Of a stretch of DNA of 64,000 bases, positions 11,480-25,373 are shown one piece after another. The notes under the pieces were generated by a model. It was not told where the DNA came from, ran no database searches, and was given only the letters and a program-made list of their open reading frames with translations. The first letter of the stretch is position 1. Every line of letters begins with the position of its first letter. The position numbers and the translations under genes were made by a program. This stretch comes from Amphiscolops sp. MND2022 (Eukaryota), in assembly GCA_964187785.1 (NCBI GenBank), contig OZ076409.1, positions 1,178,001-1,242,000 on the forward strand. Direction: 5' to 3'.

Positions 11480-14090
11480 CAGATTTTTTTCTATTGGTAA
11501 TTATCCACACTAAAAGGGACCCTCCAAAGTAGAAATGCTAAGACGGGGGACGGGCGAGGGCCGTCCTGACACAAGCCATCACACAAAAACTATATCAGCC
11601 AGACAGTCACTCTTTATTCGGTTTTGGATGTTACTGAGACTTTTACCAAGCTCTCGGCTTTTGCGTATCTCGTAATCAGGAGGCAAAAGTTTTTTCCTAA
11701 GAAAATGATACATAGCCATTTTACCAAGTACACGTTGAACAAGGGCTTCGAAGGTCAGATTTTTGTCCATGTGAACGCCCAGATTTTTCACAGATTTGGG
11801 GGGAGATATGGTAGTATTTCCCATTATCACACTTTCATCCCGACAGCTCAAGAAGTGCACAAGTTCAGTCTTTCCAATATGAGGGTTCTACTTTTTTACC
11901 ATCCACGAAGGTAATCGCTCAAATTTATCTTGAAGTGTCGACTTAGTATTTTTCGGTCGAATATACACGCAGTTAGTATCATCTGCGTACATGAATGGTA
12001 GAATATCATCACACGAGCTTGGAAAATCATTGACATGTATTAGAAACAATTGCGGTCCTATTATCTATTATCGATCCTTGTGGTACACAACACTCAACAG
12101 CTAGGGTGTTTGAATTTTGTTGGTTAATAGCAACGCATTGGGTGCGATCATTGAGATACGACCTGAACCATTCTAAGCCAATACCTCTCACACCATGGCT
12201 CTCTAATTTGAATAATAAAATTTCATGATTTATTGTATCAAAAGTTTTGCTTAGGTCTAATAGCATACAGGATATATCAAGATGGGTATTTTTCCGGATC
12301 AGTTCCGTTATGTCCGCTAGCGCTTGCAGTGTACGCATTTTTAATCTGAATCCGAATTGACGATAAAAAAACGATTGTTTACTTGCATGAATATATACAA
12401 TCTTTCGAAAACTACCAGCTCAAAGACTTTGCTCATAACCGATAAAATTTATTTCGGACTATATTTCTCACAATTGCTCTTTTTCCCAGAAGAAAAGATT
12501 GGGACCTTTTCCGCAGCTTTCAAAATGTTCGGGAATACACCACTTGATAACGATTCGTTGACAAGATAGGTCAGTCTATCACAGATCACATCAAGGCTAA
12601 CATATAATGTTTCAGCAGTTAGCCCATCTAATTCGGCCGCTTTAAGGTTTTTAGGGTTCAGTACAATTTTACAGGTTTCCGGGGATCAGTTGGATAGAAA
12701 AAAGATTTCTCATTGTTAGCTAATTCTTCAATAGTAAATGGAACAGTGGGAATCGAAGCAGCTAAAGTTTTGCTTATCGAAACGAACTTCTCATTGAACA
12801 AGTTTGATACGTCAAAATTATCTGTGTTCAAATTGTTTTCATTGTCCGCGATTATGAACTTCTGTCTACCAGTTAGTCGATTCAGTTCATTGAAAAAACG
12901 TTTTGGCGAATTCAAGAACCGGGTAAGTCGATCTTTACAGTATTCTCGTTTCAATTTTATAAACAAACTACATTAATTTAATTCCTTCTTTAGATTGGTA
13001 CAACTAATTGCAATGTAATTCAAATCAATTCCAGTGCCAAATTTTATTATCTCAAAAGAGAGTGATTCATGAACGTATATTGCCACACCTTTATTTCTAG
13101 TTTTTCCTGGTTCAAACGTCCATGGAAAAAAATTTATATAAAAAACAACGGTCTTCAGCGGATGATTCAACCTTCCACGTTTCGGACCAGCAAAGTAGAG
13201 ATGTTTATTTACTCCAAAATTCTATCAATGTTTACAATTCCTCAAATTGGAGGTCGATTGATCTCACATTTGGATAGAGAATCCATCCGTTTTCAACATT
13301 ATCAGAGGTAACCGTTTTGCAAGTTTCGTCACGTTTACGCTGTAATTTTTTAACGTTTTTATGTATAAATGAGAGGGCCCTCTAACAAAAATGTAAGCTC
13401 GTCTTGCAAACAGGATATATGAAATCTGGATCCCATTCATATAGCTTGATCTGATTCGCAAAATTAAGTTTACATTCATCAGTTTTATAAATGACCACTT
13501 TCTCATTTAACATGACCACCGATTCGATATGGGCTCGTAATCTTAACGCTTTGGCTAATCGCGCCCTCAACAGAGTGATGTCGTTGTTGATAAAGATTTT
13601 TTCTTCATAATCTTTGAGTGATTTTTTGGTCACCATCACCCCACTTTTTGTTTGTCTGCGTCCAAAAATTCACTTTGATAGGGCGCCCATCATCTTTGTT
13701 CAAGTTTTGGCATGAGGTACCCGGCTACATATGCTGTATTCTGTATTGAAATTTGGTGTCCCACTTTCATAGCAACATCAACAATTTTTCGGTAGACCTC
13801 TCCGTCGGCTTCTTCTTTCACACCGAATATTTTGACATTATCTCGCCTTCGATACTGCTTGTTAGAATGAGTGTTGAATAGGCTGCAAAGTTTACCAGTA
13901 GTTGGGGATTGCTCAGGGTCTTTGGACTGCTTCTCAAGAAGCTCCGAAATTGCAGAAGCTGCACTGAAACAAAACACAGAAACCGACAATTCATGAATCC
14001 TTTTGGTATTTTTGGGAGCCAGGTAGGGATCCACGCCATTTAGCTTTTTATGTTCTGCCCTTTTCCCGTGCATTCAACCAGGTGTGACGA
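11480..14090 (-). mobile_element. Degraded CR1/L2-like LINE
   Basis: ORF1 QYRRRDNVKIFGV and IFINNDIT; endonuclease [35 protein letters not shown]. Confidence 0.8.
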
Positions 14091-14099
14091 GCCCGCACC

Positions 14100-14900
14100 T
14101 TCATTTTGAATGGACGATGCAAATCAAGTAGAGGGCATGTTTTCTGAAACTATTAAATAAGTGTGTCACAACAGACATCTCGAAGTGCGACTTATAGTTG
14201 TTCTCGAAATGCGACCAGAGGTATTCCAAAAGTCGTTCTTTCAGACCTTGAGGATATTCAAAGTTCAAGTTTTTAGGTAGTCGATTGATTAGAGACATCG
14301 TCCGGGTGAAGAAACTTTGTTTGCAGATTGTCGAACGTGGTTTTCTGTGTTCAAATGTTAGGTGATTATGTGATTTTAATGGGCGAGGTTGATCACTGAA
14401 ACAAAGATAACGATTAAATGTGTAATCAAATCATGCATTCGTACATTTTGTCAGGAAAAGGATATGTTGTAGAGAGATACTGGTGATATTCGACATTTCA
14501 GTAGCAACTGCTTGTAATTACTCTTCCAATCACTACTGATCCATTTGGTACAGCGTTTTCATACATTTTTCAGAGACTTGGTATTCGTAACAATGTTGAA
14601 CTAGCAAACACTACTATAAATCAGAGTTGGCACCATACTTATACAAGTTCAATTTGGTGGCCAAAGACATTTTCGGCGAACTTCTTATCAACATGAAAAT
14701 TATACCAAGCGCTTTGCTCCATGCAATTTCAATATGATGGTCCCATTTCAGGTCTTTACTGACTAGAATTCCAAAGTCTCTCTGGCAGTCTGTTTTCCGA
14801 ACAGGTGACTTTGCGAAGCAACTTTCGGTGTTATTGTTAGAAGGTGACAGGTCGTGACATTTTCCTGTTTTCAATGGAAGACCTTAGTGCCTTCAAAAAC
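14100..14900 (-). mobile_element. CR1-like LINE 3' fragment
   Basis: QRDFGILVSKDLKWDHHI...KLNLYK post-RT motif. Confidence 0.65.
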
Positions 14901-14944
14901 CTCTCTTGGTTAGAAGGGGCATATTTGATTCCGGATGACTGGTT

Positions 14945-15845
14945 GGGCGTCCCATAATAGCGTCAAATTTTGACACGTTGAATTCCTAACGTCGAATCGT
15001 CAGAGTCGAAGAACAACGTCAAATCTAGTCGAACAACCAATGTTGAATCTTTGTCGAAATTAGGTCGAATTTCAGTCGAATTATTCCTGTTTCTTTCAGA
15101 TTAAAATGGCTGATAATACCTCCACTAAATACCCCAAACAAGGCTTTCCCCACATAATATGATGTCATATACGGTGTATGCACGCTCGCCCTCACCGTCG
15201 CAAAGACCAGCTCCCACTACGATCGCTCCGCGATATCTGTTCCCGCTTGGTCTTTGCTCCTGTTCGACCTCGCTCAGCGAGATGGAAACATAAGCGGCCC
15301 CAAGAGACTGCGGGGCACTTCAAGAAATAGGGGCATATCAAACGGCCAAAAACATTGTTAATTGCGACGCATATGTGTTTTTGGTGATTTACCACTTGCA
15401 TCGACGCAATAACTTTGACAAAAGTTTTTCGACAATGTGACTTCGACGCTAGGACGAAGCTTCAAATGCGACGATAGGAATTCGACCGTATTATGGTTCC
15501 CTGACTGGTGGCAGGAGAAATCCTTCCGCAAAATATCCTTGTGGTGAATGTGGACATGAGTGTAAAGTAGGAACCCTCGCATGCCATATAAGTGGTATTT
15601 GGTATCACGACAACACTTATTTAGGTGGGGGATTTCGCAAATTTGATTGGACAAATACACAATCCAAATGATAGTACTTATAAACAAAATAGCGGCAACT
15701 GAACATTACGATAACGTAGTCAGCTATGTTCACATACTCCTAGTGCCCAAAACGCATGAGCGAAGCGGAGCGACGTGCCATGTGGCCATGCCTCATGGTT
15801 GCTACTTGGCGAAGAGAGCAAAGCGACCGAGCCATACAACATATA
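14945..15845. repeat. Composite MITE-derived repeat with one GTCGAA-rich arm and two shared cores
   Basis: 15155-15335 matches 6470-6650; 15711-15842 matches 1248-1386. No second arm or TSD found. Confidence 0.6.
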
Positions 15846-16119
15846 TGCTAACCTCTTTAATTGAATCAAGTTCCATACATATTGGCTGTAACAGCACTGA
15901 AAGCTAGTAATTCTGTTGTTTGAGACCTATTTTGCATACAACTAAAATGCTAACTTATTCACATGAATCAAGTTTCATACATTCTGGCTGTAACAGCACT
16001 AAAAGATAGTAATTTGAATTCTGCTTTTTGAGACCTATTTTGTATTTTCGGCTGTATGAATAGCACCATACGGGTGTTCCATCTTCATTACTAAATGCTC
16101 TCAAGAAACGTAAAAATCT

Positions 16120-16890
16120 CACCTAGCTTTGGAAGCTATGCGAGCAACACAAAGATGAACCTGAAGAAGACACTAACTCAAAGGTGGAGAAAAATGCAAA
16201 ACGGCTCGCCCATCAGAAAATTTTGCTGATGAAAATCAAAAACTTTATCGAGATCGAAAGTGAAAACCGGTTAAAGAAATCAGAGGAAACCTTAGATACG
16301 AACTTGAATGAAATAATCGATAAACAGGAAAAGATACCATGTAAAATTAAATCAGCCTGGAAACCTCAAGCCAAGGTCCAGCCTCAGAAGTTGAAAGTAC
16401 ATATGCACGAAACATTGGTAGAGCAAGAAAAGGAACGACTTGATTTTGAAAAAAGGAGCAGAACCTAATACTTTTCCACGTGAAAGAGATTGTATTTAAA
16501 AACTCAGAACAAAAAAAAAACAAGAGGATTTGAAATTCTTTGACATTTTCTGCAAAGAAGGACTCAAATCCAAAAAACGCCTAGTCTTTTGGAAACGATC
16601 AGAATGAGAAAATCTCATACTGCAACTGAAACTGTGGATAAGCTTCGCCCTTTGAAATTGGTTTTTCAAAATAAATATGAGAAGATTAGCATCTTCCGAC
16701 TACTACGGATCTTGAAAATTGCAAACCAAAAGTTTAGAAATATCAGGGTATCTCATGACTATTCACAAGCAACACGGAAACTGAATAAAGTACTGATTGA
16801 AGAAGGGAATACCAGAGACGGAGAAAAATCTGGAAGCTTTATTTACAAGATTCGTGGCCCAGGGAGTCCTCTAGAGGTTCAGTAAAGAAA
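16120..16890 (+). mobile_element. LINE ORF1 remnant (CR1-like)
   Basis: Coiled coil followed by KLRPLKLVF...NIRVSHDYSQATRK. Confidence 0.55.
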
Positions 16891-16989
16891 AGAGACTATT
16901 GAAAACAAAAGTACAAAAGAAACTGCTTCTGAAGAATCGTGACTGTCGACGAACTTCAAATACATTTACAAATACAAACATTTTTACAG

Positions 16990-19830
16990 TGTACGAAGCT
17001 TTGTGCTTAGAAATCGAATAGTGGAATTCGCTGAAAAACTGAAAATGGAAATTGTTTTCTGAATAAGAATTATATCCTTCATTAGACTTTTGCTCGTTCA
17101 CCCATATTTCAAGAGTCCGTATTGGATAATAGGTTTCTTGTGTCTGTTGTAATATCTTATCGTTACAGAACTTAAGGTGAAATGCCACAGACGGTTAACA
17201 CAGATTAATGTTTGACTAGTTTATTCAACACTCGTTGGACATGGATCACGTAAGTTAGGTTTTCATCACGGAGAAAACCCTGATATTTGACGTATTGAGT
17301 ACAAGATATTTTAGTCTTTTCAGATACTAAATTGTCATCTTACCAGTTTAAAAAAGGAACCAATTCAATTTTTAATATGTTTTGACTAAGTGTTTTTATA
17401 GCCATTCTTTCGGGAATGTGTTCAACTTCATCTTGCAATGAAGATGTTTCATTTTATTTCATTTTTAATAAAACAATTAGCGTCATCAGCGAAGACAAAC
17501 GGGAAATATGTTTTTACATGAGTTCGGGAAATCACTAACATAAATAATATAAGACAGTGGTCCCAGATTAGATCCTTGCGGAACACCACAGTCAAAAAGT
17601 AATGGCTGTGAGACTTTACCATTAACTGAAACACATCGTCTCCTTTCACTTAGATATGATGTGAACCATTCCAAGCAAACCCCTCTGACACCATATGCTT
17701 CAAGTTTGTGCAGGAGATAGCCGAGGATTATTGTATCAAAAAGTTCTTGTAAATATAGCAAGTTACAAGAAAATTTGAGGTTAGAATAACCCCAAACATT
17801 TCTATAATAACAGAGAGAGAGAGAGCGCGGATGGGACTGAATTTTGATCTGAATCAAAATTGTCTCGAGTCGAGTAGTTCATTTTTATCCATGCAATTAT
17901 AAAATCGTTCATGTACAACACGTCAATTACTTTGCTAAATACGGACAAAACATATATTGGTCTGTAATTTTAACCTATAGATTTTTTTCCCGGTTTTGTA
18001 TTTCGGTACAACACTCGCAGTTTTCAATACCTGAGGAAAATTTTCAGTTTCTAGCGATTCATTCACAATTACGTTAGTTTTTCAACTATGACACCAGGAC
18101 TAACTTTTAGTATTTCTACAGTCAACCCATCTAGGCCAGGTGATTTATGGTTCTTTAGACTGTTAAAAAACCTCGTAATTTCAATGCAACCATCTGGATA
18201 AAAAATAGTGATTTTTCATTAACTTCATTGCCGTTAGACGTGAATGGGACATTTTCAAATGAATCCAGCTAAAGTCCTACTGATGGAAACAAATTTTTAC
18301 TGAACCTTTTGCCACATCAAGTTCATCCGCAATCAATCAATTTGTCTCGTTCTTGATAAAAAAATTGAAAAAACATATTTTGCGTTACCGGTGCTTTTGT
18401 CAAGTTCTTCGAGAAACACTTAGGGTTATTGATAAAATTGCTCAGACATGAATCAGCAATTGCATATTCAAAGCTGTGGATGCACAAAATTTCTTGCTCT
18501 TGTTTAGCGTAGTTTGTTCTGATAAGTTTTACAGCGCTTGTATCTGCTGAATTGACAATTCCTGTGAATAGAAAGGGCTATTTTACTTTCTTTTGTGAAC
18601 CAGGGTCTCACGGTATTTACAGGTTTCGGTAGGTTTTCTACAGTGAAGGCATTTACTGCTTCCTATTTTGCATTGGCAAAAGATTGAGTAATTGTGTTGA
18701 TGTCCGACCGTAAGTCTAAAAGATCCAGGCAATGGTTAGGGTATGTTAGATAGAGACTTTTGGCATTTCCGTCTCAGAGAACCGGTCTATCCGTAATAAA
18801 ATGTTTAGAACGAATGGATTGGGATTTATTTTTATTCATTTCAACGTAAATTGCAAAATGGTCTGTATCATACGTCTTTATAACTCTAAATTCCAAAGGT
18901 CTTTGGTAGTCATTGTGGATTATATGATCTTTTAAGTAGTCTGATTCATGCGTCACACGGGTTGGTTCTTCGATTCCGTGACTGCAACCAAGTGTTTTCA
19001 ACCAATTCAGATACCTATTTGCTACAGGACAGCATTTCAAGAGGCCAATATTAAAATAGGTTAACAAATAACAGTTCTTAATTTTACTAAGAAACCCAAG
19101 TTGTAACTCAAAGTGACCCTAGAAATCCTTTTTATTTACGGAATGTGAAGGGTAAAAACATACAACGGTGTTTTTTTGTTCTTTGTGGTACAATTTACTC
19201 CAGTGCAGTTCTAATCTGGAATAGAATCTGTTTGTATGCTAAACTCCAAATGTTCAAAGTACAGCGATTCAAGAACATATTTTGCGACACCTTCATTTCT
19301 AGTTGGAACAGGTTCAAATCCCATAGGCGCAAAGGATTCTAGTGAGTAGCCACTCTTTGCTGAGGATTCAGTCATCCCTGTTTCCGAACAGCAAATATAA
19401 GACGGTGTGTTTTAACGAAAGGTATCTATCAGCAGTTATAGTTTTTCAAAAATATAATTGATAGACCTTATGTTCTAATAAAAAAATTCATTCGTTTTAA
19501 ACCATTTGTTCTGTTGGGTTCATAAATTTTTTTACGTTTTAGGATGTGAAATAGAGGGCCCGTAACAAAAATGCAAACTACCTTTGCAAACAGAGTAAGC
19601 AAAATCCGGATCCCATCCATACAATTTAAAAAGTCTATCAAATACATTTTTGGAATCATTTGCTTGATAGACAACAATTTTTTTTATTGATCGTATTGAC
19701 AAAAATGACATCCTCACGTTGTCGCAAAGCCTTAGCCAAACTTGCTCTCAAAGAAGTAAGGTAATGTTGGTTCGAATTTCAAATTCTTTGAGTTTCGACT
19801 TGTTAGTCATCAAGTTGCGCAAAATCTGAT
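16990..19830 (-). mobile_element. Degraded CR1/L2-like LINE related to 11480-14090
   Basis: Shares LYGWDPDF / LYEWDPDF ORF1 tail; EPTRVT...TDHFAI; KLEAYGVRG, GVPQGSNLGP, FADD. Confidence 0.8.
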
Positions 19831-21374
19831 CATTCGGTGTATAAAGTAGTTTTGGAAAAGTTAATAATTAGTGTGAATTTGTCAAAGACCGTTGTAGTAA
19901 TCCATTAGTGTAGCGGTGCAGCAAGGTGAAATTTGAACGCGGTGAATTCTAGTCAAAACGCATAACTAGTAAATGGTGTAAAACAGTCAGTTATTAAACT
20001 GGAGGTTCATTAATTGCGTAATATGAAAATGGTGTAAGTTAGTCGAAGTTTGATTGAAGTTAACTTTTTTTGAGTTTTCAATTTTTAACATACCAAAAAG
20101 AGAAAATTTGTCAAAGTTTGACTGGTTTACGCATATTCAATAAGTACTTCAAACAAATGAACTTATATTGAATAGTTGCTTGGCGTTTAATTACCTTGAC
20201 TAAATTACACAATAACTTGGACTTATTTCCGCAACTATTTGTGTACTCAATAATTGAGTATTTCGAAATCGATAACTGCATTCAGTTTTTTAAGGTTACG
20301 TTTGAGATGAGCAAAGGTGTGGGGCTCTAAAGAGTATGAACTCTGAGCATAACTGTTATCCAAAAACAATGGGTAAATCGACCTTATACTTTGAGATAAC
20401 TTTGTGTCCTCTTCCAAACATAAACTGGACGGAAATCTCAGTAAAGATCAGTTGCTTCGTTTGTAGATCATCGAACCTCCAGAAAATGTTCAACCAATCA
20501 GTGCACATATTGTCATTCCTAAAAGGGGTGTAAATCTTATCGAACTTTCTTCGTTGCAAGAAAAGCTCTTGCTCGTACCAAGAAAAGTACTCAAAAATGC
20601 CAAAAATCACGTTTTTGCGACTTTTGCACTAAAAATCGCATTTTTTTCACTGAAAACAGGTGCAAAAGCACACACTGAGCTGCAACAAAGGAAAACAAGC
20701 CTTACCAAACAATTCCCCGTCGCAAAAGGTGTCTTTTCAAAATTTTCGCCAACCATGAGCCATTTGAGCGACACTTCTGGTCACAGGGGGTACATCTTCA
20801 CCACGCTTTTTCTCCACATCTAGACCAGATAGAGACACGCGGTTTGGACCATTAGCATTGTCTGCTCTTGCACTTGCTGTTCACCGAAAACCAAACCTCT
20901 AGGACGTCTCCACGAGAAATGGGAGTAGGAAGTAGGCAACACACGATTTGACCCCTCTGCCGCCTCGCTGGCTCGTGGCTGACCATCCACCAGTCACCTT
21001 CTTGCATGGCATAAAATGACTGAAAATAGCTCAAAAAACCTGTTAAACACCCGTAGCCACGTGCTACGGTTCTCTACACCTGCAAAAAAGATACCCGCTG
21101 ATGGGAACCAAGCAATTTTGTACGATCTCTGTCAACAAGTACCTGTTATCAAAATATACCAAAGGTACTCGGAAAAATCCCCTGAAAGACTGGAAAAACA
21201 CCAAAATACAACGTCATAGCATCTAAAAAATTTGGAAAAACTCTGGGTAAACGTCTCCTTCCAGAGTCCAATCGTTCTTGGCGTCCAATACCAGGGGGTC
21301 GGAAATTTCAAAACCATATAATAGGGCAGTAATCGGAAGCGATCCCTCTGTGGTCGCCAAAAAATGAGTTCTCA

Positions 21375-22146
21375 TGTAACGGCAAGCTGTTATCGGTCGC
21401 TTAATGCGCTAACAGAGGTGGAGGAACCTGCAGGAATGGGTGAATCGCTCGGGACAGGCGCCCATCGCCACAGATCCATTTTACCTCCAGGGGTGAAATA
21501 CGTCCCGGGGCCGCGGGTGCTTCGACGAATACAGTCCAACCGGTCCTAGTCTTTGATTGCTAATAGTAACGGGCATCTTTCTGACTCTCTAAAGACCACC
21601 GCTTAACTAGCATATAAAAACAATGCCAAGAATAAGGTAAATTTCCATTTCCAGGGTGACATGTGAATAAGATCTAAAATTGGGGAATAAGATCTAAACT
21701 AGCGCTAGCGCTACTGAATACAGCCAAAATCACTGAAAATACATGAAAACAGGCACGAATATGGCAAACCACACAGCTACAAGCTGGGGCGCAGGGGCTC
21801 CAAGCACCAAACAAGGATCTTTAGGCGAAAAGACTCATTTTTACGGTTTCCGCTACATAGGGTAGCATAATGCTGAAAATCGATAAAACCGGTGTGAGCA
21901 CCTCAAAAAGAGTCTATTTTCGGATGTTCTTGCCGTCTCTGGCTTCTGTCATGGCGGCGCGCCCGTGTTTTTGCTCGTTCTTGCTCTTTGTTGTCGAAGT
22001 ACCTGCCAATTTCGTGGAAACAGCGAAAAGAGTAATCACATGCTCAGTGCCACGTCACACATCGGATTAGAATTTTTGACAAAATTTCTGAACATGTCAA
22101 AGTTGCAAAATCGGTTGATACTGCTGTACCAGAGCTTGCCGTTACA
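21375..22146. mobile_element. 772-bp element with TGTAACG...CGTTACA ends
   Basis: Perfect 14-bp TIR TGTAACGGCAAGCT / AGCTTGCCGTTACA; no TSD seen. Confidence 0.55.
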
Positions 22147-22199
22147 ATACTTTGCAAAGTATAAAAAAATATGCTTCTGTTTTTTCACTCTGGTTTTCT

Positions 22200-22740
22200 T
22201 CACTTCACCTCTACCTCATGTATATTTTTCGCGAAATGTTGCACGATTTCCTCTTCCTCGTGTACACAATGCTTGTTCGATTGCTTCTGGTTTTACTTCC
22301 ATAATCTTAGTAGTCTCTTCGTGATGTGAAATTCCAACGCGGCGCAATAATGCTTTTTTTACTTGAGTCGAAGAGAGCTGAGTTGAGGCCAATATTATTC
22401 TCTTCTCCTGCACATCTAATCCAGCTGTGTCTAGAAGCTCTGCTGCCATTCCGTTGTCGCTTAGAATCATTCCAAATTCTTTCATTTAGCAACCATTTGA
22501 TGAAAAGTTACCACCAAGGTTCTGAGGCCGATTTCCATAACTTCTTGAACTTTTGAAATAAACAATAGGCTTCGTCATCTTTGAAAGCCTCATAAAGTGT
22601 CAACAATAATTTATCCTGTCTGTCAGTGGCGGCATTCAATCCATCGTCGATGGTGATTGATGAGGAAACATCTTCTGCGATAATTTTGAGTTGCAGAATA
22701 GCGAATGGCCCATGTTTCTCTTTAGTCGGCACTTCATGAA
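22200..22740 (-). pseudogene. Ty1/copia-like gag fragment
   Basis: EAYCLFQKFKKL...MKEFGMILSDNGMAAELLDTAGL...EKRIILAST resembles copia Gag of marine invertebrates. Confidence 0.5.
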
Positions 22741-22758
22741 GTGAAACGCGACTATTAT

Positions 22759-23482
22759 TGTAACGTCAACCACCTATCAGAGTACATCATAGAAGTGGGA
22801 CAATGCCTAGATTGCTTGAACAGGAGACCAGTGTCTTACTACAACCTAGACATTAGTTTTTAATCCCAAAATGGTCTCCTAAAAGGGACTTTTCCTATAC
22901 GTCTAAGGAGTCTCCTCAGTTAGAGCTCCGAGGCGACGTGCCGGCTCTCTCAAAGTCCGGACACGTCCCACAAGCCTGTAAAAACAATTCCTAATGTTCC
23001 TGCGTGTTTCTACATACCTCCGAGGTCCAAAAACAGGGGTTTAGCCAAAGTACATTCAATTAGTGAATAACGTCTAAACTGGGTGAAATAAGGGGTAAAA
23101 CATCACCAAACATCTACAAAAACCGCAAATATGGTACAGTAGATTCAGAAAACATCAGGCGTCAGTGTCAGCGAGCCTTGGTCTTGGACCTACTAGGTGG
23201 CACATGCAAAATATGCAAACTTCTGAGTTTCTTCATCTCTTGGGCCATTCTTCGGGTTCTGCTGGCAGCTGGGACGTCTTCCGAGGGAGATGGCGCAACA
23301 CGGCGACTTCGGGGATACTTCTGTGACGGTGTGTTCTCTCTCGGGTAGGGTGGGGGTGGTTTGCACTATTTTCCATCATCCTTTTCAATTTCCAGTACCT
23401 GTCAGGTCGGCCATCTTGATTTAGAAATTTTGCTATCGCACATTTCATCGAATTTTTGTGACGTCTTTTGCTGGACGTTACA
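22759..23482. mobile_element. 724-bp element with TGTAACGTC...GACGTTACA ends
   Basis: 9-bp TIR with TAT on both flanks; lies at the 5' edge of the gag fragment. Confidence 0.5.
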
Positions 23483-23589
23483 TATAGTGACTAAGTTTTT
23501 CAAACCACACGAACTGACCAAAATAGTTCTACGAAAGTTCTTCGAAATTTTATGGTGTCTAATTGCGCCATTTGGCCGAGCAAACTGAA

Positions 23590-23910
23590 CCAAAAAGATT
23601 TTTCCTATTTTGCCGCGTAACATACAGTATCGGGCGAGACGAAAGGGTCCCCCTTTCTGTTTTTTTTTGGCATTGTGAAGTTTTTCAGAACAATTTTTCC
23701 CCCAAAGGGTTCCCGCGTCAATTTTTTGATGTTATGCGACAATGGATGTTAAAAAATCCGAAAAGGTCTCCCTTTTAGTACGCCAATTTGATCCAAATTC
23801 TGGGCTTTTCGGGTAGAAAAGAATAGTAGAAGAATACTTGACACTTTGAAGTCCTTTAGCTATTTTTGAGCCTTAGATATGGCGCCGACTTATGCCGTTT
23901 CTGACTTGTT
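23590..23910 (+). repeat. Dispersed repeat family, possibly Helentron-associated non-autonomous element
   Basis: GGGTCCCCCTT units and terminal TTTTGAGCCTTAGATATGGCGCCGACTT...CTTGT, also at ~33945-33989 and 60660-60708. Confidence 0.5.
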
Positions 23911-24549
23911 GTCTACATCGGTTGTTATCTGCCATAATTGAGAGTCTCTCATCCTTCCATTTCGAATGATTATCAACTTTTGGATCAAAATTTGGTGGCT
24001 CTATTGTCACTGGCATTCCGCTACCATGTTAACTTTCTTCTTTCTCGATAAAAACAGTATCAGTGAACAATGTTTTACGTCAGTTCTCTGGCTCGCATCT
24101 TCTCCGTGTGATTCAATTCTGTACAAGTGTGTTGGTTTGCAAGCACTATAGGCGCGATATAATATTTAGCACCAATAAATAAGTTCACAGTAACTGATTT
24201 TAAAACAAAAAAGTGACATTGGGTACGTCGTGAAGCTCAAATCTATAAATGATGTTTACGCTGGAAGGATGAAAATCGGAATCTCTCTTGAAACAATCAG
24301 CGATTTACATGCAACATCCTCATGCAACTAGTTACAGAACTGCAGATTACAACTTTTTGCACCGACAAACTGACAGCTTTGAGCCAGGTCAAACAAACTT
24401 GTAAAAAAAAGTATTCAAGAAGACGTCCACCTCACAAAAGACGGAATCTTGAAGAAAAATGAAGAGAATTAATTTTCAAAATGAACTCAAGATGGCTTTG
24501 TCTGATCGGCGGACGATATCGAAACTAGTAGAAACAAACAAGCAAAATT

Positions 24550-24834
24550 GGATCTCTTTCACTATATCCCCCCTACAACAAAAAGGGGGGACATAGTGAA
24601 ACGCTATTAAATGCATGTATTGCAATATTCTAATAGCGCAGATCTGCTCTTATCTAACAACGCTTCTGATTGGCTGAGTAGTGATTTTGATAAAAAGAAC
24701 CAATAAAAAGTGTCGTTAGTTATGACGACATCAATTGATTGACAGAATAGCATGAGAGATTAGCCAATAGGAGATAAATATAAATGAGCCACAAACATTT
24801 ATTTCCTCAAGGGGGGACATAGTGAAAGAGATCC
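24550..24834. mobile_element. MITE with GG-initiated TIR (Merlin/MULE-like)
   Basis: GGATCTCTTTCACTATATCCCCCC / GGGGGGACATAGTGAAAGAGATCC; flanks GCAAAATT / GCAATATT (8 bp, 1 mismatch). Confidence 0.7.
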
Positions 24835-25373
24835 GCAATATTATAACACTAATTTCTGGAGAATTGTCATGAAAGTCCTCCATGGCAAACAAGAGGACTT
24901 GCTGGCTCCACTGAAGAGCCACTTGTTCGAAACTCCTCTTGATCCCAGGACCAATACATAAAAAGAGGCCTTTTTCTTCAGTAGACACTCACCACCTTTC
25001 TGCTCAATATCTCCAGTCGCTGACTAGCTAAAATCTGATAAGCCTTGGCTTGACGTCCGATCCGTTTCCATCAAGAAGCCCTCAAAAGCGGACTACAATG
25101 ACCCCACGGCAGATTCACCTGTTGTCGATATCCAGTCATATCCCCGAAGTCTTCGAAAGGATTCTCAAAATTCGGTTTTCTGACAAGTAACCTAATTGAC
25201 TTTGATCAAGAAAATCTTCTACCCAAGAAGATCACAAGCAGATCATTAGGGGTGTGCGATTAATTGATATTTCATTGAAAACCAATGAATATAATTAATT
25301 CATTGTTTTTATCAGCGCTGTAAATTTTCAGTCAATGAATCAATCTCAATTCTCATTGGCTGTTTTTAGGAAG

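Noticed and set aside
15847..16042. ~100-bp tandem duplication
   Set aside because: Ordinary local duplication with no further structure.
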